64,000 bases of DNA from Clostridia bacterium (GTDB taxonomy: Bacteria; Bacillota; Clostridia; Christensenellales; CAG-314), in NCBI GenBank assembly GCA_900769665.1, contig CAAGHL010000058.1, positions 6,651-70,650 of the forward strand, written 5' to 3'. Positions within the stretch are counted from its first letter, which is position 1, and each line of letters opens with the position of its first letter. The position numbers were made by a program, and so were the translations under genes. Below the pieces are notes generated by a model that did no database searches, had not been told where the DNA came from, and saw only the letters and a list, made by a program, of their open reading frames with translations. Shown here piece by piece: positions 36,601 to 44,909 of this stretch.

Positions 36601-36700
36601 ACTTGAAAACGGCGGTGAAACGGTTGCTGTGCGAGATAACAAAATCTCGCTTACCATCAAGCCGTTTGAGATAGTATCTTTGAAACTCACATTGAAATAA
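33674..36700 (+). CDS. GH38 alpha-mannosidase paralogue (1008 aa, cytoplasmic)
   Basis: Same motif set (GHTHIDVAWLW, EGRWDVEGAMWLEADCNLISGES, LWLPDVFGYSAALPQIL). The ATG lies 1 nt after the upstream TAA. Confidence 0.92.
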   Translation: MNNLLERAQKLLRELNNRTVVAQTAITDIKYLPCDYKTDNILPELSAMQNFGGKWGGANDTHAWFAFDIDVPSGDNIRHEVFVDSGVNGWDLSNPQFLVYVDGKIAQCLDTNHRSFVVGEGNHTVYLYAYAGYQISPLFAADFPLEIFDYNNPLTLSATLQAVDICVKTLANDVFVMLNTLSAINVNTKQYADILRYVNTALNMVDFVDVRLDDFGECCKKAHTYLKNEYFVKYCKRGNTSVSCIGHTHIDVAWLWPVRQTREKAQRSFATVLALMDRYPSYKFMSSQCYLYQAVKEEAPELYERIKQRVAEGRWDVEGAMWLEADCNLISGESLVRQILYGKRFMKREFGVDSKVLWLPDVFGYSAALPQILKQSGVETFVTSKISWNDTNVLPYDMFRWKGLDGSEVFTYFLTAPADANNPKDIHTNYNAIANPVDFLRTYNRMQQKSLTNEVLMDYGYGDGGGGPTAQFIENIERMQCGAPNFPYTKFERASDFFARIRKKVYDNPELPCWTGELYLEYHRGTYTSVAKNKRNNRRAEYTLQNLEKLFVLANKLGGVEYPCKWFEEMWQMVLTNQFHDIIPGSSVTEVYNVTDREYAKLFDEAKAHYDRCMSAILPYVSKNCVLNLCSMPLDGYVNDGEKFVYVEGAKGNAVSPVAAKPSNDSVKTSAYILENKFFRIRFDRNYDIEEIFDKRAKRNVLKAKAQLRSYEDYPNMYDAWELRNYYAEKQYDLEFVSATDVDFGGKKGKRIVKRIGESTVTTDICLYDYVDRIDFDTTLDWQTPHLVLKTLFPLDVNAHTATCDVQFGNVARPTTCNNSWDEAKFEFCAHKYVDISEGNFGVALLNDCKYGYSARDNVLSLTLVKCSTSPSDCVDKGVHKFTYSLYPHVGDVRHCDVYKHAAMLNNPLVLVDGTAEGGNGVSLVSCDKDNVIVDTVKFAEDDDGVIVRLFENNNCTTNCTLTFGLDVLNAVKCDLLENGGETVAVRDNKISLTIKPFEIVSLKLTLK

Positions 36701-36713
36701 TACGGAGTACATT

Positions 36714-38855
36714 ATGAAAAACAAATCCATATTTATCCTATTGCTTGCATTGGTTTCCGTATCTTGTTTGGTAATCGGTTGTGCCGCCGCCGTGACGGAA
36801 ACGTGCAACGTAAAAATACCAAAGGGCGCAGGCTACGTTGTCAACGGTGCAAAGACTGTAGAAAAAGGCAAAGATTACGTCTTTACCGTGACGGCAAACG
36901 AAGGGTACGACATTGCCTCCGTAACGGTCGGCACCGAACGATTGACTGAAACCGACGGCAAATATACCATTGCAAACGTTACCGCCGACATCGAAATTTC
37001 GGTAAGTGCGCAGCGCAAAACTTTTTCGGTGTTTTTCGTCGGCGAGGGTTACGAGGCTAGCGGCGAACCGACGGTTACATACGGAAGCAACTATGTGTTT
37101 ACTCTTACTATTGCCGACGGCTACGACAAAACCGTCATGCCCGTGGTAAAAGCCGACAACGACACGCTTGTTGGCGAAAAGGACGGAAACGTTTATGTTT
37201 ACACAATACAAAACGTTACGTCCGACGTGACTGTTACCGTATCCAATTTGGTCAAACTTCCGGGGCAACTTGTCGTGCCGAACGAAGTGTTCAATCTCGA
37301 AATTGCCAAGCTTACCGCCGAACAACGCAATCAAGGCTACTACTTGCAAGGCGTTTCGGGCAGTTACAACGGAGTAGAGTGCGACGTCAACGTGGATTTG
37401 TCCTCGGTGGTGTGGAATACGGCAGGTTCGTATACAATCACCTATTCGCTGGAAGGTCACTCCGATGTGACAAAGGTTGCAACGCTCAAATTGTTCGGAA
37501 CGTTTGTCGTGTCGGATATTGCCATCGATTTGTCGGACGTTACAACTGCCGTATCTTGTTTGGACGGGTACCAGTATGTTGACCGTGACTTGTATATAGT
37601 GAACGGTGAAACGCAAACTTTGCTTACGCCAAAGCAATTTGTTGCCGAACAAATCGTTGTCGACGGCAAAAAGGTTTATCGCAGTCACTTTTCGACGGAC
37701 TATCTGCTTTCGCTCAAGTCGGGCAGTTACAACTTCCGTTTGGTTGATTACGTTACGTGCAACATCGGCGAGTTTACCGTTACGCTTACCGATGACGCTG
37801 AACCTGCGTATGACTTCGACGCCGACGATATGTATGCCTACGTGGTTGGCGACAGTTTTGATTTTGTCAAAGCAACGCGGCACGCCAACAGTGCGCAACC
37901 CATTGTCGTCAAGTACTTTTTGATCGACGAAAACGGCGTGGAAACCGATTGTACCGATGGTTACGATTTGCCGAACAAGGCGGGAGGGTACACTTGGACA
38001 GTCAAGTACTTCCGTAGCGAAAACGAACTTACGGAATACACAAAGTCGGTCAAATACCTACTTGTAGACAACTACGGTTGGTCGGGAGCTACCGTGTCGG
38101 CGTCAAAAGACGGCAATATCGTGCTTAGCACCGTGGACGGCGACCCGAACCAATACACCGACAAAAACGCCGCTATTTCGGCGGAATACATCCGCAAAAA
38201 CAACACCGTAAACGGCAACTACATGGTGGTCACGTTCAAGGTGACGGATTACACTTCGTCGGGTAAATTCGACGCAGGCATTTGGAGTTTGAAGGGTGCC
38301 AACAACGACTACATGGGCATTACGCTCAACAAGGTAGGCGACACTCATAAGGTTTTGCGTATGCTTTCGGGCGGTTCGGTCGACTTTATCATCCGCGACT
38401 TTACGGGCTCGCTGGAGATTGTCGGCATTGAATTTGTCACAATTGCCGACGGCTTCGGCAATCAAAAGACTAATGCAGGCTACGTCAACACGACGACAGG
38501 CGACAACGGACTGGTTACTTCCGCAAATGTGCAATGGACGTCTAACAGCGACAACAACAAGTTTAGCATTACGCAAGCCTACTTAGACAAACTTGTTGCG
38601 GCGGGTTACACGCAATTTTCGATGGATTTGTCCGCAACGCAAACCAATATATACGTCATTTGCACATATAAAAACGGCAATGCGACAAAGGATGTTGCTA
38701 AAAACTATACCGGCGGCAATGTAAACTTTGCGTTGACCACTGTGGACGGAACCTTGTCGGAGATAGGCATTGTGATTGTCAATACGCACGACAATACCGT
38801 ATTTCAGGATTTCAGCGGAACGCTGGAGTTGACAAATATTACCTACACAAAGTGA
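36714..38855 (+). CDS. Lipoprotein with two InlB-B-repeat-like (Flg_new_2-type) modules, Ig-like regions and C-terminal CBM-like domains (713 aa)
   Basis: Lipobox CLVIGC. Modules KIPKGAGYVVNGAKTVEKGKDYVFTVTANEGYDI...GKYTIANVTADIEISV and GEGYEASGEPTVTYGSNYVFTLTIADGYDK...VTSDVTVTV. Confidence 0.8.
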   Translation: MKNKSIFILLLALVSVSCLVIGCAAAVTETCNVKIPKGAGYVVNGAKTVEKGKDYVFTVTANEGYDIASVTVGTERLTETDGKYTIANVTADIEISVSAQRKTFSVFFVGEGYEASGEPTVTYGSNYVFTLTIADGYDKTVMPVVKADNDTLVGEKDGNVYVYTIQNVTSDVTVTVSNLVKLPGQLVVPNEVFNLEIAKLTAEQRNQGYYLQGVSGSYNGVECDVNVDLSSVVWNTAGSYTITYSLEGHSDVTKVATLKLFGTFVVSDIAIDLSDVTTAVSCLDGYQYVDRDLYIVNGETQTLLTPKQFVAEQIVVDGKKVYRSHFSTDYLLSLKSGSYNFRLVDYVTCNIGEFTVTLTDDAEPAYDFDADDMYAYVVGDSFDFVKATRHANSAQPIVVKYFLIDENGVETDCTDGYDLPNKAGGYTWTVKYFRSENELTEYTKSVKYLLVDNYGWSGATVSASKDGNIVLSTVDGDPNQYTDKNAAISAEYIRKNNTVNGNYMVVTFKVTDYTSSGKFDAGIWSLKGANNDYMGITLNKVGDTHKVLRMLSGGSVDFIIRDFTGSLEIVGIEFVTIADGFGNQKTNAGYVNTTTGDNGLVTSANVQWTSNSDNNKFSITQAYLDKLVAAGYTQFSMDLSATQTNIYVICTYKNGNATKDVAKNYTGGNVNFALTTVDGTLSEIGIVIVNTHDNTVFQDFSGTLELTNITYTK

Positions 38856-38860
38856 CAAAA

Positions 38861-38888
38861 AAACAGGCGGTCTTGCGACTGCCTGTTT
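38861..38888. terminator. Bidirectional intrinsic terminator between convergent genes
   Basis: 12-bp stem AAACAGGCGGTC / GACTGCCTGTTT (one G-U pair), 4-nt loop, A-run upstream and T-rich sequence downstream. Confidence 0.7.
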
Positions 38889-39063
38889 GTGATATTTTTA
38901 TCATGTGTAAACCATGTGTTTGTCGTCAAATTTTGCGTACGTATTGCGATTTTTGCGATAAAAACAATTGATTTCGACAACATTTAATATGCAAAAGCAA
39001 TGCCGAATAACGCTTTGAAAATGCAATTTGCAGCGAAAAAGATATGTTTCTGACAACGCTTTC

Positions 39064-39795
39064 TCAGTCGATTTGCGACATAAAATCCCACACAAATTCC
39101 GTTTGCGGATTGCGGAGTAGCTCGTGCGGAGTGCCGATTTGTTCCACCTTGCGATCGTGCATTATGGCAATACGGTCGGCAATGCGTACCGCTTCGCGCA
39201 AGTTATGCGTTGCGTATATAAAGGTTACATTGGTTTGAGCATGCAGTCGTTGCAGTAGAGACAATATGCCTTCGTGGTACATCGGGTCCAGCGCCGACAA
39301 CGGCTCGTCAAACAAGCAAATCGACGGGTGTTTTGCAAGGGCGCGCGCAATGGCAACACGCTGTTGTTGTCCGCCCGACAGGTCGGCGGGTAAACGGGTA
39401 AGCAACATCTGTAAACCGAATTGTTCGGCAAGCTCGCTGACTCTCTTGCGAATTTCGTTGCGTGGATACTTGTTTGCAAAAAGCGGCATGGCAATGTTTT
39501 CGTACACCGTTTTGTGCGGAAACAGCGCATAATTTTGGCTGACGTAGGAAATATCCTTGTCGCGTTGATCAAGCTCCGCTCCGTCGATGCCGTCAAAAAG
39601 TACGCTCCCGAAGTCGTAACTTTCTACTCCGGCAATTACTCGTAGCAACGATGTTTTGCCGCAGCCGGATTCGCCTAGCAGTACCAAAAACTCGCCGTCG
39701 TTTACCGTCAGCGAACAATCGTACAATGCGACCGTGGTGTTCTTTTTGCGGTCGGTGTAACTCTTTTGCAGTTTTACGATTTCAATTTTGCTCAT
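39064..39795 (-). CDS. Short ABC transporter ATP-binding protein (243 aa; MalK-like NBD without the C-terminal regulatory/TOBE domain)
   Basis: Walker A GESGCGKTS, Q-loop VSQNYALFP, LSGGQQQRVAIARAL, Walker B ICLFDEPLSALD and H-loop ATHN. It ends at PQTEFVWDFMSQID, where MalK-type proteins normally continue. The start is taken at MSKIEIV (39795). Confidence 0.85.
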   Translation of the reverse strand: MSKIEIVKLQKSYTDRKKNTTVALYDCSLTVNDGEFLVLLGESGCGKTSLLRVIAGVESYDFGSVLFDGIDGAELDQRDKDISYVSQNYALFPHKTVYENIAMPLFANKYPRNEIRKRVSELAEQFGLQMLLTRLPADLSGGQQQRVAIARALAKHPSICLFDEPLSALDPMYHEGILSLLQRLHAQTNVTFIYATHNLREAVRIADRIAIMHDRKVEQIGTPHELLRNPQTEFVWDFMSQID

Positions 39796-39830
39796 GCGCA
39801 CAGTGTAGCAAAAAAATACAAAAAGGTCAA

Positions 39831-40304
39831 ATGGAAAAATTGAAACAAAAAAAGGAATATGTAGCAAAGACACAAAAAACGGCTAAGACGGTAGCGTTGC
39901 TTGCCGCCGTCATCGGTGTTGCGGTGTGCGTGGCGTTGTTTGTTGCGCATGCGCGTTTTGCCGTGTGGGACAAAATTGTTGTGTGCGTGTTTTCTTTGCT
40001 TTCGGTGGCGGTTTGCGTTACGGGGTGGGGTGTAAGCGTGTATTACGGAAATTACGCAAAGTATCTTGACAAGCTTTCGACTAACATTGTTACGGAAAAA
40101 CTCACCTTTGCGCAAACAGGGGACAGCGTGGTCAAGTATGGTATGCGATTCAGTACATTCAAGTTTGTCGCAGACAAGGGAAATACGCTGTTACTGTATG
40201 CGTTGGATACCGACAACTTTGTTCCGAAAGTGGACAAATCATACATGGTAATGCACTCCGGTGACTTTATTGCGGATATTTGTGAGGTGACGGACGATGA
40301 GTAA
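39831..40304 (+). CDS. Small membrane protein (157 aa; two TM helices + ~85-aa soluble domain), unknown function
   Basis: ATG 39831 is 35 nt from the divergent ATPase start. TM stretches TVALLAAVIGVAVCVALFV and IVVCVFSLLSVAVCVTGWGV. The longer ORF from 39651 would overlap the divergent gene. Confidence 0.65.
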   Translation: MEKLKQKKEYVAKTQKTAKTVALLAAVIGVAVCVALFVAHARFAVWDKIVVCVFSLLSVAVCVTGWGVSVYYGNYAKYLDKLSTNIVTEKLTFAQTGDSVVKYGMRFSTFKFVADKGNTLLLYALDTDNFVPKVDKSYMVMHSGDFIADICEVTDDE

Positions 40305-40914
40305 CGTTACCAAACAAGCAATCAAGCAAAGTTTTGCCGATTATTGGTGGATATACCTCGTGGTGGCAGTGTTGTTGTGTTCGGCATGGCTGTATGCCTT
40401 TTATTTGAAAGATAAAATCCGCGACAACGAGCGTTTGCAGATTTTTGTGGCAGGCGAAATCTCCGATCGAGATTTGGAACGCCGCGCCGAGGAATATTTT
40501 GCAAAGGACGGCATATTAGATGTAAATTTGTATGTGTTGTCGCCCGATTTTAAGGGATTCGATGCGGGGTTTTCGGCACAAGGTTTCCTCAACAGCGACT
40601 TGTTGATACTGCCGCAAAGCCTTGTGGAAAAGTATGCCGCATATGCTCTTGCTTTAGATGGTATCGTAACATTACCCGATGATGTCGAAACTTATTCTAT
40701 CGACGGCAAAATTTATGCCGTAAAAGTTGGCAGGGTAAATCCCGAGGGATACACGCCGCTGTATGGGTTCGGTTGGATTGACGAAAGAGACGAAGATATG
40801 TACGTGCTTTTGTCGCCCAAGTCGCAAAACATCGGCAAACTTAACCCCGACGGCAACGCTAACGACAAGCACGCATTGCAATTGTTGCAAATGTTGCTAA
40901 ATAACGCAATATAG
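40297..40914 (+). CDS. Single-pass membrane protein (205 aa), unknown function
   Basis: 8-nt overlap with the upstream gene. GAGGTGA RBS. TM YWWIYLVVAVLLCSAWLYAFYL. Confidence 0.7.
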   Translation: MSNVTKQAIKQSFADYWWIYLVVAVLLCSAWLYAFYLKDKIRDNERLQIFVAGEISDRDLERRAEEYFAKDGILDVNLYVLSPDFKGFDAGFSAQGFLNSDLLILPQSLVEKYAAYALALDGIVTLPDDVETYSIDGKIYAVKVGRVNPEGYTPLYGFGWIDERDEDMYVLLSPKSQNIGKLNPDGNANDKHALQLLQMLLNNAI

Positions 40915-41025
40915 AACATTTTTGTCATACTTTCTGCTGTTGAAATATACAATAATGCTTGTTAAAGCGTGCTTTCGGTACGATAGATGTTGTGCGTTGA
41001 CATTGAAATATCGTTAATTTGAAAA

Positions 41026-41883
41026 ATGGGAAAACTACTTTACAAACTGAAAAAACAACAATCGGAATGCACCGAACAAAATTTGCCGCACAATCGTTGG
41101 CAAGTGTTTTGTGATGTATTGAAGCGTCGTTGGCGTTTTTTGCTTGCGACAAGTCTGCTGACGTCGATATTCTGTTTGCCCTACTTTGCGTGGAATTGGA
41201 TTGTCAACCAAGCTATACGCCAACTTACGCTAAATGCCGAGGTTGTTGACTTTGTCAGACTGCTTGCCTACGTCAATACAAAGGGCGTTGTAAATATTGC
41301 GCTGTTTGCTTTGTGCGGAGTCGGTATTAGCGGCGGCGTGTACGTTGTGCAACGTTTGGTATGGGGCGAAGTGGTGTTTGTCGGCGACTTTTGGCAAGGC
41401 GTCAAGGATAAACCATGGAAAAACGCCGTTATATTTGCTTTACTTGGCGTTGCAGTGTGGTGCGTCGAGTTTGTTTTTGTATACGTGCCGTCGGTGGAGA
41501 TGTCCGCATTTCAGCGCATGCTTATGTATGGTTTCAGTGTGTTGCTTGTTGCGTATGTTGCGGCGGTGTGCGTGTTTTTTGCCGTGCAAAACGCCGTGTA
41601 CAATGTCGGTTTTTTCGCTTGTTTCAAAAACAGTTTTGTTCTTGCGCTAAAAGGACTTTTGCCCGTCGTCGGCTTTGTCGCAGTGGCGGTTTTGCCGCAA
41701 ACAGTGCCGTTTTTCTTCTACAACACGGTGGTAGACGTTGTCGGTTATGCGGTTGTTGCGTTGTTTGGCGTAGGTTACGCAACGCTTGTGTTGACGCTTG
41801 TCGCCGACTACGTTTTGGACAAGGAAATAAACAGTGTAAACTACCCTCAAATTGTGGACAAAGGCATAGTGCGCAACAAGTAG
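41026..41883 (+). CDS. Polytopic membrane protein, possibly YesL/DUF624-like (285 aa)
   Basis: Several hydrophobic helices after a basic N-terminus (RWQVFCDVLKRRWRFLLATSLL). Its position upstream of a sugar ABC importer is typical of DUF624 genes. The RBS is weak, so the start is uncertain. Confidence 0.6.
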   Translation: MGKLLYKLKKQQSECTEQNLPHNRWQVFCDVLKRRWRFLLATSLLTSIFCLPYFAWNWIVNQAIRQLTLNAEVVDFVRLLAYVNTKGVVNIALFALCGVGISGGVYVVQRLVWGEVVFVGDFWQGVKDKPWKNAVIFALLGVAVWCVEFVFVYVPSVEMSAFQRMLMYGFSVLLVAYVAAVCVFFAVQNAVYNVGFFACFKNSFVLALKGLLPVVGFVAVAVLPQTVPFFFYNTVVDVVGYAVVALFGVGYATLVLTLVADYVLDKEINSVNYPQIVDKGIVRNK

Positions 41884-41935
41884 TTTGGGCAAGGTGCTTA
41901 TGCAACATTTACACTGTTTTTTGCCACATTTATGT

Positions 41936-41964
41936 TTAAGCATACTTTTGTCGTATGCTACAAT
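41936..41964 (+). promoter_or_regulatory. Extended -10 promoter candidate for the second ABC importer operon
   Basis: TGcTACAAT at 41956-41964. -35 TTAAGC with a 17-nt spacer. Confidence 0.4.
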
Positions 41965-42091
41965 GGTAAACGTCGAAGGATAGTGGTTTTTGACAAAATT
42001 CGACAAACGTCCCGTAGGGACGAGGTTACAAAAGTAAGCAATTACTTGACTACGCAACAGTGGCGTAGGCTACAAAAAAGGAGCAAACGGT

Positions 42092-43843
42092 ATGAAAAAG
42101 ATATTGAGTATAGTATTGTCGGTTTGCCTGTGCTTGACATTTGTCGTTGTCTTGACGGGTTGCGCTACAAAATACGACACAAAAACAACAATCGTAATCG
42201 AGCCTTACGGCGCGGCAGGCTACGGACTTGCTTGGCTTGACAAACTTGCCACCGAGTGGACGGAGGCCAACAAGGATTTGGGCTTCAACATCATTGTCAA
42301 GAAGTCCTCCAACAACCTTGCAGGTACGCATCTCAGCCAAATTGCCGCAGGTAGCACCGATACGGATATTTACATTGCGTCCACAACCGACTACCAACAA
42401 GGTTTCTATCGCGATTACTTCGAGGATTTGAGCGACCTACTAGACGTCAAACCCGACGGTGACGGCGGACTGACCATCAAGGAAAAAATAAACGATTACG
42501 ACAGTTGGAAGCAATTGTCCTCCAAGTGGGTGTATGACGCTTCCTCAAACAGCTATTCTCTCGAAGGTTGCTACATGTTGCCGCACTCCAAGACGCTTAC
42601 GGGCATGGTGTACGACCACGACGATTTTGTGGAAAAAGGCTTACTTAGCTATGCCGAAAATACGGACGAAGTAAAGGCGGCTTTGACTGAGCAAGGTATT
42701 ACCTATTCGGTAAACGGTGGCAAATTGGTGTTTGTCGGTAGTACTGACTACACCAATTACACCAAGGGCGATTACATTTTGTCCGCCGGTAAGGATGGTG
42801 AGTATGGCACGTATGACGACGGGCAACCGCAAACTCTTGCCGAATTTGACACGATGATCAACAAAATCAAGGGTATCGGCGTGCCGTTTATTGCGCAAAA
42901 CCAAGATGCAAGCTACATCACCTACATCACCGACGCTTACTTTACGCAATATGCGGGTATGGATGCCTACTCCGCAGTGGTTAGTTACGACAGCAATGGA
43001 AAAGCAATTGCGCTTGCCGACGGAACGACCGCAACGATAGATATGTCCAATGGTTACTTAGCAAACAACGCCAAAGGAATTGCCGAAGCAATAAACTTTA
43101 CGGCAAAATACTTCAACAAGGGCAATTCGACAGTGTGCAGCTACCAAGCTACCGTCGACGCAATGCAACGTGAGTTTGTCACGGGTGGTACGGGGGACGC
43201 TAAGGCGACCTTCTACGGCATGGCAATCGACGGCAACTGGTTCGAGATGGAAGCAGCAAGCACAATGAACACCGCCAACAAGTACTCCGACAAACCGCGT
43301 GGGTACGGCGAAGTCGACTACCGCTTTATGTTGTTGCCGACCATCGAAGGTCAGCTTGGTATCGACGGCGAAGGCAACGGCAGTGTAATGGCGGGTATCG
43401 AAAACGGCGGTTTGCTTGTTCGCAAACAAACGGACAGCAACAAGCTTGCCGCAATCAAGTCCTTTATCGCATACACCCTTACAAACGACGCATTGTCCGA
43501 CACGACGGCTTCTTGCGGATTGGTACGTAATTACAAATACACAATGACGGACAGTCAACTTGCATCCATGACGCCGTTCCAACGTACATGTTACAGTATC
43601 TTTACCGATACGGACAACGTCAAGGTGCTAACGGCACGTGCCGACCGCGGCAGAAACCCGATTTGTTGGTCGGGCGCAACAAAGGTCGAAACGTTGTTTA
43701 GCGTTGGCGGACAAACGCCTATCGAAGCAATACTTAGCGGCTCCACGGTGGAAAGCTGTACTTCCGGCATCAAGGACATGTTTAGTGCCAACAGCTGGGC
43801 AAGTGCCGTCACTACAATGAACAATACCCTGCCCAAGAAATAA
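42092..43843 (+). CDS. Large ABC solute-binding lipoprotein (583 aa, LplA/YtcQ-size class)
   Basis: Lipobox VVLTGC. AAAGGAG RBS. Directly upstream of two CUT1-type permease genes. Confidence 0.8.
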   Translation: MKKILSIVLSVCLCLTFVVVLTGCATKYDTKTTIVIEPYGAAGYGLAWLDKLATEWTEANKDLGFNIIVKKSSNNLAGTHLSQIAAGSTDTDIYIASTTDYQQGFYRDYFEDLSDLLDVKPDGDGGLTIKEKINDYDSWKQLSSKWVYDASSNSYSLEGCYMLPHSKTLTGMVYDHDDFVEKGLLSYAENTDEVKAALTEQGITYSVNGGKLVFVGSTDYTNYTKGDYILSAGKDGEYGTYDDGQPQTLAEFDTMINKIKGIGVPFIAQNQDASYITYITDAYFTQYAGMDAYSAVVSYDSNGKAIALADGTTATIDMSNGYLANNAKGIAEAINFTAKYFNKGNSTVCSYQATVDAMQREFVTGGTGDAKATFYGMAIDGNWFEMEAASTMNTANKYSDKPRGYGEVDYRFMLLPTIEGQLGIDGEGNGSVMAGIENGGLLVRKQTDSNKLAAIKSFIAYTLTNDALSDTTASCGLVRNYKYTMTDSQLASMTPFQRTCYSIFTDTDNVKVLTARADRGRNPICWSGATKVETLFSVGGQTPIEAILSGSTVESCTSGIKDMFSANSWASAVTTMNNTLPKK

Positions 43844-43858
43844 AACAAGTTTACTCTC

Positions 43859-43883
43859 GCGGCGCAGCCGAAAACTGCGCCGT
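43859..43883 (+). terminator. GC-rich hairpin between the SBP and permease genes (partial terminator / mRNA stabiliser candidate)
   Basis: GGCGCAG / CTGCGCC stem, extendable by two pairs. No T-tract. Confidence 0.3.
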
Positions 43884-43947
43884 GTGTAATATGTAAGTGA
43901 ATTTGCAATACGTATTGTAATTTTGTTTACGTAAATCGGAGATAAAA

Positions 43948-44907
43948 ATGGAAAACATTACCATCCCGAAAAAGAAAAAATTTTCACGGAAGACTAAATC
44001 TAACTTATTCGTGCTGTCATTTTTGATTGTGCCGATAGTATTGTTTTTGATTTTTTATGTAGCAATCAACCTCAACTCGATATTGTTGGCATTCAGCAAT
44101 GTCGCATTGGACGGCACTCGTACTTTTGCATGGTTTGCCAACTTTGCAAGCTTCCTCAAAGGCATATTCAGCGACGGCGCATTGCTTAGCATAAGTATTG
44201 TCAACTCGCTAAAAATGTACTTCATCAGCCTTGTTATTTGCATGCCGTTGTACATCATTTTTTCCTACTTGGTGTACAAAAAGTGTTTTATGCACGGAGC
44301 TATACGCGCAATATCCATGTTGCCGCAAATTATTTCCGGCTTTGTGGTGGGTTTGTTGTTCCTCAACTTTGTGGCAGGCGACAGCGCTCCGATACTTAAA
44401 GTTTTTGAGTCGTTGCATATTTTTGTCGACGAAAACGGCAACGGCATCGACTTATTGCACAGCTCGCAGTATGCCTTTGGTACGACGATTTTCTTTTCTA
44501 TTTGGATTTCGTTCGGTACAAACCTGATCGTTTATCCCAACGCTATGAAGGAAATCAGCAACGAAGTAATCGAAAGCAGTCGTTTGGACGGCGTCAGTAC
44601 GATGTTCCAAGACTTGCGCTACATTGTGTTGCCGCTAATATTTCCGACAATATCTACATTCCTTATCACGGGACTTGCAGGAATATTCAGCAATGGCGGT
44701 TCGATACTTACCTTTTACAATGTCAGTGCGCCGGAGTACGTGTACAACATGGGTTACTACTACACCAAGTCGGTACTTGCCGCAGGTAGCGAAACCGCCT
44801 ATCCCGAGCTTGCCGCAGGCGGTCTTATATTAACGGCGATTGTCGCTCCGTTGACATTGCTGTTGCGTCACCTGTTAGAAAAATACGGACCTACAACGGA
44901 GGCGTAA
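43948..44907 (+). CDS. Carbohydrate ABC transporter permease (LplB/YteP-like)
   Basis: EAA-loop ESSRLDGVSTMFQDLRYIVLPLIFP. Six hydrophobic segments. GGAGA RBS. Confidence 0.9.
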   Translation: MENITIPKKKKFSRKTKSNLFVLSFLIVPIVLFLIFYVAINLNSILLAFSNVALDGTRTFAWFANFASFLKGIFSDGALLSISIVNSLKMYFISLVICMPLYIIFSYLVYKKCFMHGAIRAISMLPQIISGFVVGLLFLNFVAGDSAPILKVFESLHIFVDENGNGIDLLHSSQYAFGTTIFFSIWISFGTNLIVYPNAMKEISNEVIESSRLDGVSTMFQDLRYIVLPLIFPTISTFLITGLAGIFSNGGSILTFYNVSAPEYVYNMGYYYTKSVLAAGSETAYPELAAGGLILTAIVAPLTLLLRHLLEKYGPTTEA

Positions 44908-44909
44908 TT

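Noticed and set aside
39651-39830. Longer version of the 157-aa membrane-protein ORF starting at 39651.
   Set aside because: It would overlap the divergent ATPase gene by ~145 nt. It encodes an Arg/Cys-rich non-protein-like leader. The hydrophobic protein proper starts at ATG 39831.
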